This document shows, piece after piece, positions 24,833 to 34,477 of a DNA stretch of 64,000 nt; the stretch's first letter is position 1; each line of letters starts with the position of its first letter. A program made the translations under genes and the position numbers. Location: assembly GCA_965603365.1 (NCBI GenBank), contig CBFDCR010000010.1, positions 27,425 through 91,424 on the forward strand. Reading direction: 5' to 3'. This DNA is from an uncultured bacterium. GTDB taxonomy: Bacteria; Acidobacteriota; Aminicenantia; UBA2199. Below the pieces are notes generated by a model. The model worked only from the letters and a program-made list of their open reading frames with translations, was not told where the DNA came from and made no database searches.

Positions 24833-24991
24833 GGCTGAATATTTCTCCTATTTGGTTTTCAAACCCAGGGCTATATTATCGGTGTTACCCCCCCCTGCTG
24901 TCAACAAAAAAATAAAAGAATACAGGCACGGTAAGGGGAGTGAAGTTGACTAAAGGGGGGAGAATGTTTTATTATTGAGTGAGTGTGGATC

Positions 24992-25903
24992 ATGAAAAAG
25001 GTGTCGAACTTCGAAGAGCTTGTCTCTGCCTTCTACCCTGAGTTGGTTGGCCGGGTAAAACAGGTGATTGAAGAGTCTGAGCGGCTGTATATTAGAGAAA
25101 AGGGGCAGACGATTGATGCGGGCGAAAGTTTTCTGTGGCAGCACACCCGGGAGGTGGCCGCCGTTGCCTTGAGACTGGCAGTTGCCGAAGGCGTCGATCC
25201 CTTGCTGCCGGTGACCGCCGCCCTCTTCCATGATATCGGCAAATTTACCGGCGGCCGGTATCATGCGGATGACATCCCGGAGGAGGAAGAGGCCGCAGGG
25301 ATGGCCCGGGAAATGCTGGAGGCGGCTGGCATGCCGGAAGATCATATGGTCGAGGTGGTGGGCGGGCTCGAGTCCCTCTATAACGAGAATGTCGAGAGCA
25401 ATTATACAGCCGATATTGTCCACGATGCCGACTTTCTGTGCAAATTTGGCTTTTTGGGGGCGGCCCACTTTTTCCAGAAGGCTGCCCTGCGGGGCAGGCC
25501 CCTGCAGCGGGCCGTGCTGCGGGATTTGAGCAAAGAGCTGACTTACGCAGCCTGCCTGCCGGCCAACATGCGCAGCGCCGCGGCCGGGAAAATGGCGGCC
25601 AAGAAGAGGGATGATTCCTTGACCTTTTTCCGGGGGCTGCTTCGGGAGCTGCGGGACACCGGTATTGGGGACTATAGAGTCGAGGTGAGCGAATGGAAGC
25701 CTCCCCAGGAGCCGACAACAGGCATAGAGGTGAGGCTGGTTATCCCTTCGGCCTGTGAAGGGTGCGGCTCCGGCCTAAAGGTGGATTTTTCCACCGAGAG
25801 GGGCATCAAATGCCGGAAGTTGAGGGCAGACGTCAGATGCCGCGGCTGCGGCCATTCGTATGACATCTCATTTTGCCTGCCGGAAGTAAAGGTTAAAAGA
25901 TAA
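24992..25903 (+). CDS. HD-domain phosphohydrolase with a C-terminal CxxC...CxxC zinc ribbon
   Basis: Motifs are ALFHDIGKF and VHDADFLCKFG, with the C-terminal CEGCGS...CRGCGHSY. The ORF track starts at GTG 24983, but ATG at 24992 (MKKVSNF) is more likely. Confidence 0.7.
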   Translation: MKKVSNFEELVSAFYPELVGRVKQVIEESERLYIREKGQTIDAGESFLWQHTREVAAVALRLAVAEGVDPLLPVTAALFHDIGKFTGGRYHADDIPEEEEAAGMAREMLEAAGMPEDHMVEVVGGLESLYNENVESNYTADIVHDADFLCKFGFLGAAHFFQKAALRGRPLQRAVLRDLSKELTYAACLPANMRSAAAGKMAAKKRDDSLTFFRGLLRELRDTGIGDYRVEVSEWKPPQEPTTGIEVRLVIPSACEGCGSGLKVDFSTERGIKCRKLRADVRCRGCGHSYDISFCLPEVKVKR

Positions 25904-25916
25904 GTGGTCGACCACT

Positions 25917-28900
25917 TTAGTACTTCTTGACTAACACCATAGACTTGTAGTCCCGGTGAAAGCCGAAGTGTTGCAGGGCCGGTCGGTAGGGGCTCTCCAG
26001 CACCGGTTGTCGGTTGACGGTTTCGACACTGATGTATTTCAGCGGCTGAAATTGGCGGCCGATCAGCACCTTAAAAAATTCGAGATAGTCACCCAGGCGG
26101 GGATGGTCGGCCTCGACCCGGAATTCCACTTCCTGGCCGTTTTTCCTTGATACCAGTACCAAAACCCGGCCCTGAAACACCAGGTGGGTGGCAGCGAGGC
26201 GGTGGGGAAATCGACCCTTGAGATCTTCGAGATATATGCCGCAGGGGGAGGCGGGGTCAGCGGCGTTCAGCCAGTACACGGCATCCTCCGGCAGTCCCTG
26301 CTGCAAGAGCCGCAGGGCCGCGGGAGAACAGAATTGCAGCCCCGGGATGCCTTTAAAAAAATGGCCGGAGGTAATTTCGCCGGACAGTTCCATCAACCTC
26401 AGCACCGGAAAGACGTCGGCCCAGCGCAGGCCGGGCAGCTCGTTCCACAAGATCTCCCGAAACAGGATGCCGCAGCGCAGCAGCAGTTGCCGGATGCGGT
26501 CTTTGACGATTTCCTGTCGATCCAGGGCATCGATGGATTCGCCCTCCATCCCCTTCAATGGATACCAGTTGCCGCTAAAAGGGCGGCTGCTCTGCCAGCG
26601 GTTGAAGCCGATCCGCCGGGGACGCCGGCCGCGGCTTCGGCTCGTTTCCGCCGGCACTTCGGCCTTAAACCTGTTCATGATGCCGGTTCTCACCGTCTGA
26701 TAGTCATCGTTGGTGATGCGGCCGTTAAAGGCCAAATCCCACAGGGCACCGCTTACCTCGCGGCTGGGCAGTTGTGAGGCGGCGGCGATGTCTTCCAGGG
26801 CCAGTTTGCCGATGGTACGGGAAAATAGTTGTTCCAGCCTCGCCGCGGCTTCGGCTGTATTAGGGCCGTTACCGCCGCCGGACTGTTCCGCCGGATTGGC
26901 AAAGAGTTCGTAGTCCGATTCAAAACAGAAGCCGATCCGTTCTCGGCCGCAGCCGAACCAGGTCAATTCGTTTTGCCGTATCGCCGTATCCAGCCAGTTT
27001 GTGTAATAGGGGGAGAGCCGGGCCGGCAGGATATCGGTCTCCCACAGCGCGGCTTTAGCGGGGCAGCCGAACAATTGCTCCAGGCGGTGCTGTAAATCTT
27101 CCAGCCCCTCGCCGGGGACAGTGAGTCCGTGGTAGGCGGCCAGGAACAGGGGCAGGGCATCGATTCCCAGCGGCTCAAACACCGGGCGGGCCGCGGCCCG
27201 CTGCAGCCGCAGTAAAATTTCTACATTCCGGGTGTCACAAATTTCCAGCGGACCGTCTGGCCGGAACTGGTCGACGATGACGGTGCCATCTTCCGCCAGC
27301 GCATCGAGGCCGGCGGACAACCGCTCTGCCGACAACTCCAGGGTATCCCGGACAAAATCACGACAGACGGGCCCATAAAACCGCAGCCACTCCGCCAGGA
27401 AACCCGTCAGGGCGGCATCGGCAGAGTGAAGGGCCCGGTCGATGCGGGGCAGTTGCTCTGCCGCCATCACCGCCGATAATACGCCTTTTTCCTGCCGGTA
27501 GTATAGACGATCTTCGATGGGCTTCACCACTTCCTCCGGCTCTACCCGGTGGTCCCGCTGGACGGCGGACAGCAAGTCAGCCCACTCTGCCGCCGGGATG
27601 TACTGCCGCTCCTTCACCCACAATAACAATTCTTCGGCACTCCCGGGGGCATAACCGGGGTAGAGGCGCTGCAGTTTCCGCCCAAAGGTCTCGATCAGAT
27701 CTTCGGAAAAGCGGGGCCGCAGGTGGGAAGCATAGATAACCTCCTTAAACAGGCGGTCGCTCAGGTTGGTCTGCAATTTCGAGCCAGGGGCGTCGTCCAG
27801 GTACATGTAGTAACTGGTTTGACGCCAGATGATGCCCTGGGCAAAGGGGGAGGGTTTGGCGGTAACGGCCTCGGTAATTTTGATCTCCCCGGCCTGGATC
27901 TCTTCCAGCAAGCGGGCCAGGGTATCGATCTCGAAGTCGTGGTTCAAACAGTCCCGCCAGGTCTCCAGCAGGATGGGAAAGTTATCGTACCGGGAAACCG
28001 CCTCCAGCAGCTTTTTAGACCGCAGGCGGTTGAACCACAGGGGCAGGCGCTGGTGAAAACCTCGCCGGGGCAGGAGCAGGGCCCGCTGGGCATTCTCCCG
28101 GAACCGGGCACTGAAGTAGCCGGTGCTCTCCAGTTTCTGGCGCAGCCGCCTAAAGATTTGCTCCGGCCCGACCAGGGCGAACAGATCGGCGGCACCGAAG
28201 GCGTGGGGCAGATTGAGCATGATGCAGTCGTTGTTGACAAAAACCTCCAGGGGATAACCGTACTTCTCTTCCCAGGCAGCGGCTAAGGCAAAGGCAAAGG
28301 GGCGGTTTACCCGTCCGCCCCAGAAGGTATGCAGCACCGTTTGTTTGGCATCGGTGACGTTGGCGGGGTCCTGGAAGTGTTCCACCAGCAGGTGGCGGCG
28401 GTGGGGCAGCGGTGCCTTTGTTTCGGTCTTTTGTTCTCTGATATAGCGGATCAACTCGTCGGCTGCGCCCTCGCTCATGTGGTGCCGATCGAGCAATTTA
28501 CGGCGGAAGGCCGTGCCCTCCAGCCGGGTATCGGCCTCCTCCAGGAACTCGCCGATCCGCTGCGACAGGTGAAAGGAGCGGTTCATCTCCTCGGCCCGCC
28601 AGAAGGGGACCAGGCTGTTGCTCTGGGGAACCTGCACCACCTCCACGTCGTTGTGGGTGATGCGCACGATCCGCCAGATCTGGTTGCCCATTGGGAAGGC
28701 ATCGCCCAGAGAGCGCTCCCAGACAAATTCTTCGTCTAGTTCGCCGATTTTGGCTTTGGCATCGGCAACCCGCAGGTTATAATAACCCCGGTCCGGGATC
28801 ACGCCGCCGGAGAGGTAGAGCAGCATGGCGGTACTGTCTCTGGCCTTTGCCGTATTTTTCAGCCGGTCCACCAGCAGCCGGGGCTTCAATTCCCGGATGC

Positions 28901-30326
28901 GGCTGTCGGCATAACGGCCGGCCAGCATCTCCACCACCAGGTCGAACTCCTCCCGTCTCAAATCGTGATAGGGGTAACCGGCCCGGATTTCACCGTAAAG
29001 ATCCTCGATATCCCGGGCTGCCAATAGGGTCATGGACAGAATGACCTGGGCCACCACATCCAGGGGCCCTTTAAGGGGCCGCATCTCCTCGATGGCTTCG
29101 CCGTCGATCTGGGCTGCCAGTACGGCGGCATCGAGAAAGTCGCGGCGGTGGAGGGGGGCAAAAATGCCCCGGGATACCTGGCCCACGCCGTGACCGGCGC
29201 GGCCGATTCGCTGTATGGCCGAAGAGACCGAGAAGGGGGCCTGGATCAACACCACCTGGTCCACGCTGCCGATATCGATACCCAGTTCCAGCGAGCTGGT
29301 GGCCACGATGGCCGAGAGTTCCCCCTCTTTGAATCGTCTCTCCACCACCGCCCGGATCTCTTTTGCTAGAGAGCCGTGGTGGGAGTAGACGCGATTTTCC
29401 CCTTCCGTCTCGTTGATCAGGCGGGTCACCTTCTCTACCAGGCGGCGGCTGTTGGTAAAAAACAGGGTGGAGCGGCCGTGGGCCATCAACTGCCGCCACT
29501 GGCCTACCAGGGCCCGCCACCAATCTTCCTTGCCGCCGATGTCGGCCGCCCGGTCCGGGATGTGGACGCCGATGTCGTATCTCTTTGGGGTATCGGATTT
29601 GACGATGGCGACTCGCCGTTTTTCATAGGTATATTCGCCTCCGGTTTTCCGGGCCTGATACCCGCCGATAAACTCTGCCACTGCCTCCAGAGGCCTGACC
29701 GTGGCCGACAGGGCGATGCGCTGAAATTCGCCGCACAGCGGCACCAATCGCTCGATCGCGGTGATCAGGTAGGTGCCCCGTTTGTTCGGCACCACCGCGT
29801 GGATTTCATCCAGGATGACGGTGGATATTCCTGTGAGCACCCTCCGGCCGCTCCGGGAAGCCAGCAGGATGTTGAGGCTTTCAGGGGTGGTAATGAATAT
29901 CTCCGGCGGGTGGCGCACCATTTGCCGCCGCTGCGCCGGCTCGGTATCGCCGCTGCGTACCGCGGTGCGGATCTCCGGGAAGGGCACACCGGCGGCTTCA
30001 AAGTACGACTTTAACTCCCGCAGCGGCCGTTCCAGGTTGCGTTGAATGTCGTTGTTGAGGGCCTTTAGGGGCGAAATATACAGCACCCGATTCCGGTCGG
30101 GGGCGCCTTTCTCATCTAAAAAACGGTTGATGGCCCACAAAAAGGCCGTTAAGGTCTTGCCGCTGCCGGTGGGGGCCGTCACCAGTACATGCTTGCCGTC
30201 GGCGATCTCCGGCCAGGCCCGGGCCTGAATGTCGGTGGGGGTTCCCACCTGCCGGGAAAACCATTCCCGCACCAGCGGGTGAAACCGGGCCAGCACATCC
30301 TCTGTCTCTGGACTAGTCTGCTGCAT
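25917..30326 (-). CDS. lhr: Lhr-family ATP-dependent DNA helicase (large helicase-related protein)
   Basis: The 1469-aa protein has Walker A TAPTGSGKT, the DEIH box (ILDEIH) and helicase C motifs. A long Lhr-type C-terminal extension is also present. Confidence 0.9.
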   Translation of the reverse strand: MQQTSPETEDVLARFHPLVREWFSRQVGTPTDIQARAWPEIADGKHVLVTAPTGSGKTLTAFLWAINRFLDEKGAPDRNRVLYISPLKALNNDIQRNLERPLRELKSYFEAAGVPFPEIRTAVRSGDTEPAQRRQMVRHPPEIFITTPESLNILLASRSGRRVLTGISTVILDEIHAVVPNKRGTYLITAIERLVPLCGEFQRIALSATVRPLEAVAEFIGGYQARKTGGEYTYEKRRVAIVKSDTPKRYDIGVHIPDRAADIGGKEDWWRALVGQWRQLMAHGRSTLFFTNSRRLVEKVTRLINETEGENRVYSHHGSLAKEIRAVVERRFKEGELSAIVATSSLELGIDIGSVDQVVLIQAPFSVSSAIQRIGRAGHGVGQVSRGIFAPLHRRDFLDAAVLAAQIDGEAIEEMRPLKGPLDVVAQVILSMTLLAARDIEDLYGEIRAGYPYHDLRREEFDLVVEMLAGRYADSRIRELKPRLLVDRLKNTAKARDSTAMLLYLSGGVIPDRGYYNLRVADAKAKIGELDEEFVWERSLGDAFPMGNQIWRIVRITHNDVEVVQVPQSNSLVPFWRAEEMNRSFHLSQRIGEFLEEADTRLEGTAFRRKLLDRHHMSEGAADELIRYIREQKTETKAPLPHRRHLLVEHFQDPANVTDAKQTVLHTFWGGRVNRPFAFALAAAWEEKYGYPLEVFVNNDCIMLNLPHAFGAADLFALVGPEQIFRRLRQKLESTGYFSARFRENAQRALLLPRRGFHQRLPLWFNRLRSKKLLEAVSRYDNFPILLETWRDCLNHDFEIDTLARLLEEIQAGEIKITEAVTAKPSPFAQGIIWRQTSYYMYLDDAPGSKLQTNLSDRLFKEVIYASHLRPRFSEDLIETFGRKLQRLYPGYAPGSAEELLLWVKERQYIPAAEWADLLSAVQRDHRVEPEEVVKPIEDRLYYRQEKGVLSAVMAAEQLPRIDRALHSADAALTGFLAEWLRFYGPVCRDFVRDTLELSAERLSAGLDALAEDGTVIVDQFRPDGPLEICDTRNVEILLRLQRAAARPVFEPLGIDALPLFLAAYHGLTVPGEGLEDLQHRLEQLFGCPAKAALWETDILPARLSPYYTNWLDTAIRQNELTWFGCGRERIGFCFESDYELFANPAEQSGGGNGPNTAEAAARLEQLFSRTIGKLALEDIAAASQLPSREVSGALWDLAFNGRITNDDYQTVRTGIMNRFKAEVPAETSRSRGRRPRRIGFNRWQSSRPFSGNWYPLKGMEGESIDALDRQEIVKDRIRQLLLRCGILFREILWNELPGLRWADVFPVLRLMELSGEITSGHFFKGIPGLQFCSPAALRLLQQGLPEDAVYWLNAADPASPCGIYLEDLKGRFPHRLAATHLVFQGRVLVLVSRKNGQEVEFRVEADHPRLGDYLEFFKVLIGRQFQPLKYISVETVNRQPVLESPYRPALQHFGFHRDYKSMVLVKKY

Positions 30327-30534
30327 CGGGATATCCCTCGTTTGCCGATATGAACATCAGGCATTATATCACAGTTACCCTCGATTCAATAAAGTACTTT
30401 CAATACAAAAAAGGGTTAAAATTGTCAACTGCAGTTGGCAAAAATACTCGTTTTTTGTAAAGTGAAGTTTGCAAAAGAGACCTTGATTTGCAGCCGGTTT
30501 TCCCCTAAAATAGACAACAGATCCAGTTGTTAAA

Positions 30535-32358
30535 ATGAAGCAGCGATTTAGAGTAAAATTTGTGCAATTGCCGATTCCCGAAATCGAACATCTCTACAGG
30601 GAGGGAAACATCCCGCTGGCGGCCGGTTATTTGAAGGCCTATGCCCTGGGCCGGGGGGTCGCCCGGGACCAGGATATCCAGATCATTCCCCGGGATATTG
30701 CCAACTTCGGCGGCGATGCCGCCGTGATAAAGTGGCTGATGCAGGACAGGCCGACGCTGGTGGGATTCACTTCCTATATGTGGAACATCGAGCGCAACCT
30801 CTGGCTGGCCCGACAGCTAAAAGAGCAAGACCCGGCTGTCAAGATCATACTGGGGGGACCGGAAATTACCCCCTACCGGTTGCTGGCCGAGGACAGCAGC
30901 ATCGATGCCGGTGTGGCCGGGGAGGGGGAGCAGGCCTTTCTCGATCTGCTGTCGGCTTTTGGCAACCGGCAGTTGCAAAAGCGGATTTATTATAGGGAAG
31001 AGCCGGTCGATTTGTCGGCACTGCCGAATCCCTACCTGGAAAAGATCGTGGTGCCGCAGCCGGGGGAGCCGCTATTTTTAGAGACCATGCGGGGCTGCCC
31101 CTATGCCTGTAAATACTGCTTTTATGCAAGTTTATATCGGGGTATGCGGTTTTTTCCGGATCGTCATCTCCCCGATATATTCGCGCTGGCCCGGGCCTGC
31201 GGGGTGCCGGAGATCTTTCTGATGGACCCCTCCTTCAATGTGGCCCCCGGGATAGCGGATCGGCTAAAGGGGCTGGCTCGATTGAATACTTCCGGGATCC
31301 CCCTGCATACGGAGATGCGGCTGGAGGCGGTGACTCCCGGGATCGCCCAATTGATGGAGGCGGCGGGATTCCGATCGGTGGAGGTGGGCCTGCAGTCGGT
31401 CAATCCCCGGTCATTGGCGGCCATCGGTCGGAGCTGGGACCGGCATAAATTTATCGAGGGCGCAAAACGGCTCCAAAATCACGGCATCGATATCAAAACC
31501 GGCGTGATCCTGGGACTGCCCCACGACGGCATCGGCGATTTTAGCCGCACCCTGGATTTTGTCCTGGATTTAAATCTAACAGAATCGCTGGAAATCTATC
31601 CCCTGTCGATGTTGCCCGGCACCAGGCTGCGGGACGAAGCCCGTGACCTGGGCATGACCTTCATGCCCAGGCCCCCTTATTGGGTACTGTCCACGCCGCA
31701 GATGTCGGCCGACGACTTCAAGATCGCCGTCACCCTGGCCGAAGAGAAGCTGGATATCGAGTTTTTCCCGCCCCTCATTCCCCGTTTCGGCAATGGCCAG
31801 TCCCGGTCCCATTACCTCTGTTTCCTGGATTTGCGCAAAGATATTGATGCCCGCCTGAACTACTTGTACCGACAGCCCGAGAAGCTGGGACACAGCCTGA
31901 CGATCCTGGTCCATCGGGATGTCGATACCGCCGCCAGGATAGACCGGCTGGCCCGCTGGCTGCAGCGGCAGAGCCCCTTTACCCTGGTGCAACTGGTGAT
32001 GGAGCACGACACCCTGCCGGCAGTGGAAGATATCCGGCTCCTGGCCAATTCCTTTTCGCCTGAGCCCCACTATTTTGACCGCATCCACCACTATAAAGTA
32101 GACCGGCAGCAAACCTATTCGTTCCGCTTCTTCCTGCTCACCCCCCGGCTCGATACTGCGGAGAAATTCCTGCACACGCCGCAGTACGGCGACCTGGTGC
32201 TGAAATACACGCCGGAGCTGCTGTCGGAGGGCCGCCATATTCTGGCAGAGCATCCGATTCTTCTGGTGGATACCCCCATTGCCGATCGGGAAAGGGAGGA
32301 ACTTCGGGGGATTTATGCCGATTTTGAACAACTGCTGATCTTTCGGAATGGCTGGTGA
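30535..32358 (+). CDS. B12-binding-domain radical SAM protein
   Basis: The N-terminal B12-binding-like region reads LVGFTSYMWN...KIILGGPE. The radical SAM motif is CPYACKYC. Confidence 0.8.
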   Translation: MKQRFRVKFVQLPIPEIEHLYREGNIPLAAGYLKAYALGRGVARDQDIQIIPRDIANFGGDAAVIKWLMQDRPTLVGFTSYMWNIERNLWLARQLKEQDPAVKIILGGPEITPYRLLAEDSSIDAGVAGEGEQAFLDLLSAFGNRQLQKRIYYREEPVDLSALPNPYLEKIVVPQPGEPLFLETMRGCPYACKYCFYASLYRGMRFFPDRHLPDIFALARACGVPEIFLMDPSFNVAPGIADRLKGLARLNTSGIPLHTEMRLEAVTPGIAQLMEAAGFRSVEVGLQSVNPRSLAAIGRSWDRHKFIEGAKRLQNHGIDIKTGVILGLPHDGIGDFSRTLDFVLDLNLTESLEIYPLSMLPGTRLRDEARDLGMTFMPRPPYWVLSTPQMSADDFKIAVTLAEEKLDIEFFPPLIPRFGNGQSRSHYLCFLDLRKDIDARLNYLYRQPEKLGHSLTILVHRDVDTAARIDRLARWLQRQSPFTLVQLVMEHDTLPAVEDIRLLANSFSPEPHYFDRIHHYKVDRQQTYSFRFFLLTPRLDTAEKFLHTPQYGDLVLKYTPELLSEGRHILAEHPILLVDTPIADREREELRGIYADFEQLLIFRNGW

Positions 32359-32378
32359 CAATCGTGAAGGAGACCGAA

Positions 32379-33617
32379 ATGAAGACCAAAAGAGGTAGAC
32401 CGAATTTCCTGGCAATGCTGGGACCCGGCATCGTGGTGGCGGCCACCGGCATCGGGGCCGGCGACATGATCGCCGCTGCGGTTTCCGGCGCCAAATACGG
32501 ATTGGTACTGCTGTGGGCGGCGGCGCTGGGGGCAATCCTGAAGTTTTGCCTGAACGAAGGCATTGCCCGCTGGCAGTTGGCCACCGGCACCACTCTGCTG
32601 GAAGCCTGGGTGTCAAGATTTCACCGGGCGGTCTCGATCTACTTTATAATCTACCTCTTTCTGTGGTCCTTTATTGTGGCCGGGGCCCTCGTTGCCGCCT
32701 GCGGCCTGGCGGGTCACGCCCTGCTGCCGGTGCTGCCGGTGGAGGTCTGGGGCATCCTTCATTCCCTGGGGGCGGTGATTCTGGTATATTTCGGCCGCTA
32801 CGCCGTGATCGAAAATATCATGAAATTCTTTATTGCCTTGATGTTCCTGGTGGTTATCGCCAGCAGTGTTTTGGTGCAGCCGGACTGGTCGGCTGTTTTG
32901 GCTTCGATTTTCATCCCAACCGTTCCCGCCGGCTCGGGCAAATTCATTTTAGGCGTCATCGGCGGCGTGGGCGGCAGCGTCACCTTGCTGAGTTACGGCT
33001 ACTGGATACGGGAGAAAAAGTGGAGGGGTGACGCTTATGTAAAGAGGGCCAGGATCGACCTGGCGGTGGCCTATACCTTGACCGGCTTATTCGGCATTGC
33101 CATCATGATCATAGCCGCCGGGGTTAAACCGGAGGTGATGACCGGCAGTGAAATGGTCACCGGCCTGGCGGATCGGCTGGGCACTGCCACCGGTCCGCTG
33201 GGCAGAGGGATCTTCCTGGTGGGCTTCTGGGGTGCGGTCTTTTCCTCCATGTTAGGGGTCTGGCAGGGGGTGCCCTACCTGTTTGCCGACTTCATGAAGG
33301 TCTACCGGAACCGGCGGTTCGCTATCGAAAAAGAAGGGGATATTACCGCTTCAAAATATTATCGCCTCTATTTGCTCTACCTGGCCCTGCCGCCGCTGGT
33401 TCTCCTGTTTGCCGGCAAACCGGTCTGGATCGTGGTCATCTACTCGGTGGTGGGAGCCTTCTTCATGCCCTTTTTGGCCGGAAGTCTGCTCTACCTCAAC
33501 AATAAGACGAATTGGCTCAAAAAAAGGAAAAACCGCCTGGCCATTAATATCATGTTGACCCTCTCCCTGCTGCTCTTCCTCTACCTCTGCCTCAAAGAAC
33601 TCCTGGAAAAGTTTTAA
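32379..33617 (+). CDS. mntH: Nramp-family divalent metal transporter
   Basis: The motif is GPGIVVAATGIGAGDMIAAAVSGAKYG, with about 11 hydrophobic segments. ATG at 32379 with RBS GAAGGAG is preferred over the track start at 32355. Confidence 0.8.
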   Translation: MKTKRGRPNFLAMLGPGIVVAATGIGAGDMIAAAVSGAKYGLVLLWAAALGAILKFCLNEGIARWQLATGTTLLEAWVSRFHRAVSIYFIIYLFLWSFIVAGALVAACGLAGHALLPVLPVEVWGILHSLGAVILVYFGRYAVIENIMKFFIALMFLVVIASSVLVQPDWSAVLASIFIPTVPAGSGKFILGVIGGVGGSVTLLSYGYWIREKKWRGDAYVKRARIDLAVAYTLTGLFGIAIMIIAAGVKPEVMTGSEMVTGLADRLGTATGPLGRGIFLVGFWGAVFSSMLGVWQGVPYLFADFMKVYRNRRFAIEKEGDITASKYYRLYLLYLALPPLVLLFAGKPVWIVVIYSVVGAFFMPFLAGSLLYLNNKTNWLKKRKNRLAINIMLTLSLLLFLYLCLKELLEKF

Positions 33618-33971
33618 AGGGTTCAGACAGGGAGAATAAAAATTGGCCTGCCTTGATTTTTTGGTGTTTACATTTTAGAATGGGGGTCGGCAAAACCCCC
33701 GGCGCCGAAGTATTTAAGCAAGGGGCAACTGCAATACCCCCCTACTTGAATCTCTTGCCTAACTCATCCACAATCGTATCGCAGCCCGGCTTACCCAGCT
33801 ATAGATGAAAGTTCCCCCATTTTTCAAAAACCACAGATTCCTCACTTTGGGGTTTTGGGCTTTGTTTTGGGGTAACTCCAGGGGTGTCCCCGGAAAGTAT
33901 TCGCTTTGAGACTCACCCGGCTGCGATTCCACTTTGTTTGCGGATTTTTATAAAACAACAAGGACTACAGC

Positions 33972-34470
33972 GTGTTTGTCGGCCGGAAGAAGGAATTAAA
34001 ATTATTAGAAGAGGCGTACCGGTCTCCGAAGGCAGAGATGGTGGTCGTCTACGGCAGGAGGCGGATCGGTAAGAGCAGCCTGGTCAAAAAGTTTTCTGAA
34101 GGTAAACCCTACTTTTACAAATTTGAAGCCATCGAAGGCGAAAAGAGTGCGGGTCAAATCAGCCATTTCACGGCACAGCTAAAGGAATAGCTGAAAGATC
34201 CGGTCCTGAACGAGCTGCAGTGGATGGCGGCCGGCAGGATCACCCTGGAATTTCTCCTTACATGTGTTTTTCTGCCCACGGTTTAATGGTAAACGAAGTC
34301 CAACGCATCTTTTACAGCCAGTTCCTGGGGGGCCAAACCTACAAAAAAATCGCCTTCTTGTTGAAATCGGGCCTGCACCATCGAAAAAGCCCTCATCAGC
34401 CTATACGGCCCGGATGATTCTCTAAAAGATTCCCGCTATTTCGATCATTACATTACTTTAGATGAGCTCT
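33972..34470 (+). pseudogene. disrupted ATP-binding protein gene (DUF234/archaeal-ATPase type)
   Basis: The N-terminal fragment has a P-loop (FVGRKKELKLLEEAY...VYGRRRIGKSSLVKKF) and stops at 34190. A family-like C-terminal tail (..IEKALISLYGPDDSL..) appears in a different frame further downstream. The middle of the gene is missing. Confidence 0.55.
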
Positions 34471-34477
34471 TCCGGGG

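Noticed and set aside
31576-32616. 346-aa minus-strand ORF overlapping the B12-rSAM and Nramp genes
   Set aside because: It is Pro/Arg-rich and low-complexity, and antisense to two genes with clear family motifs.
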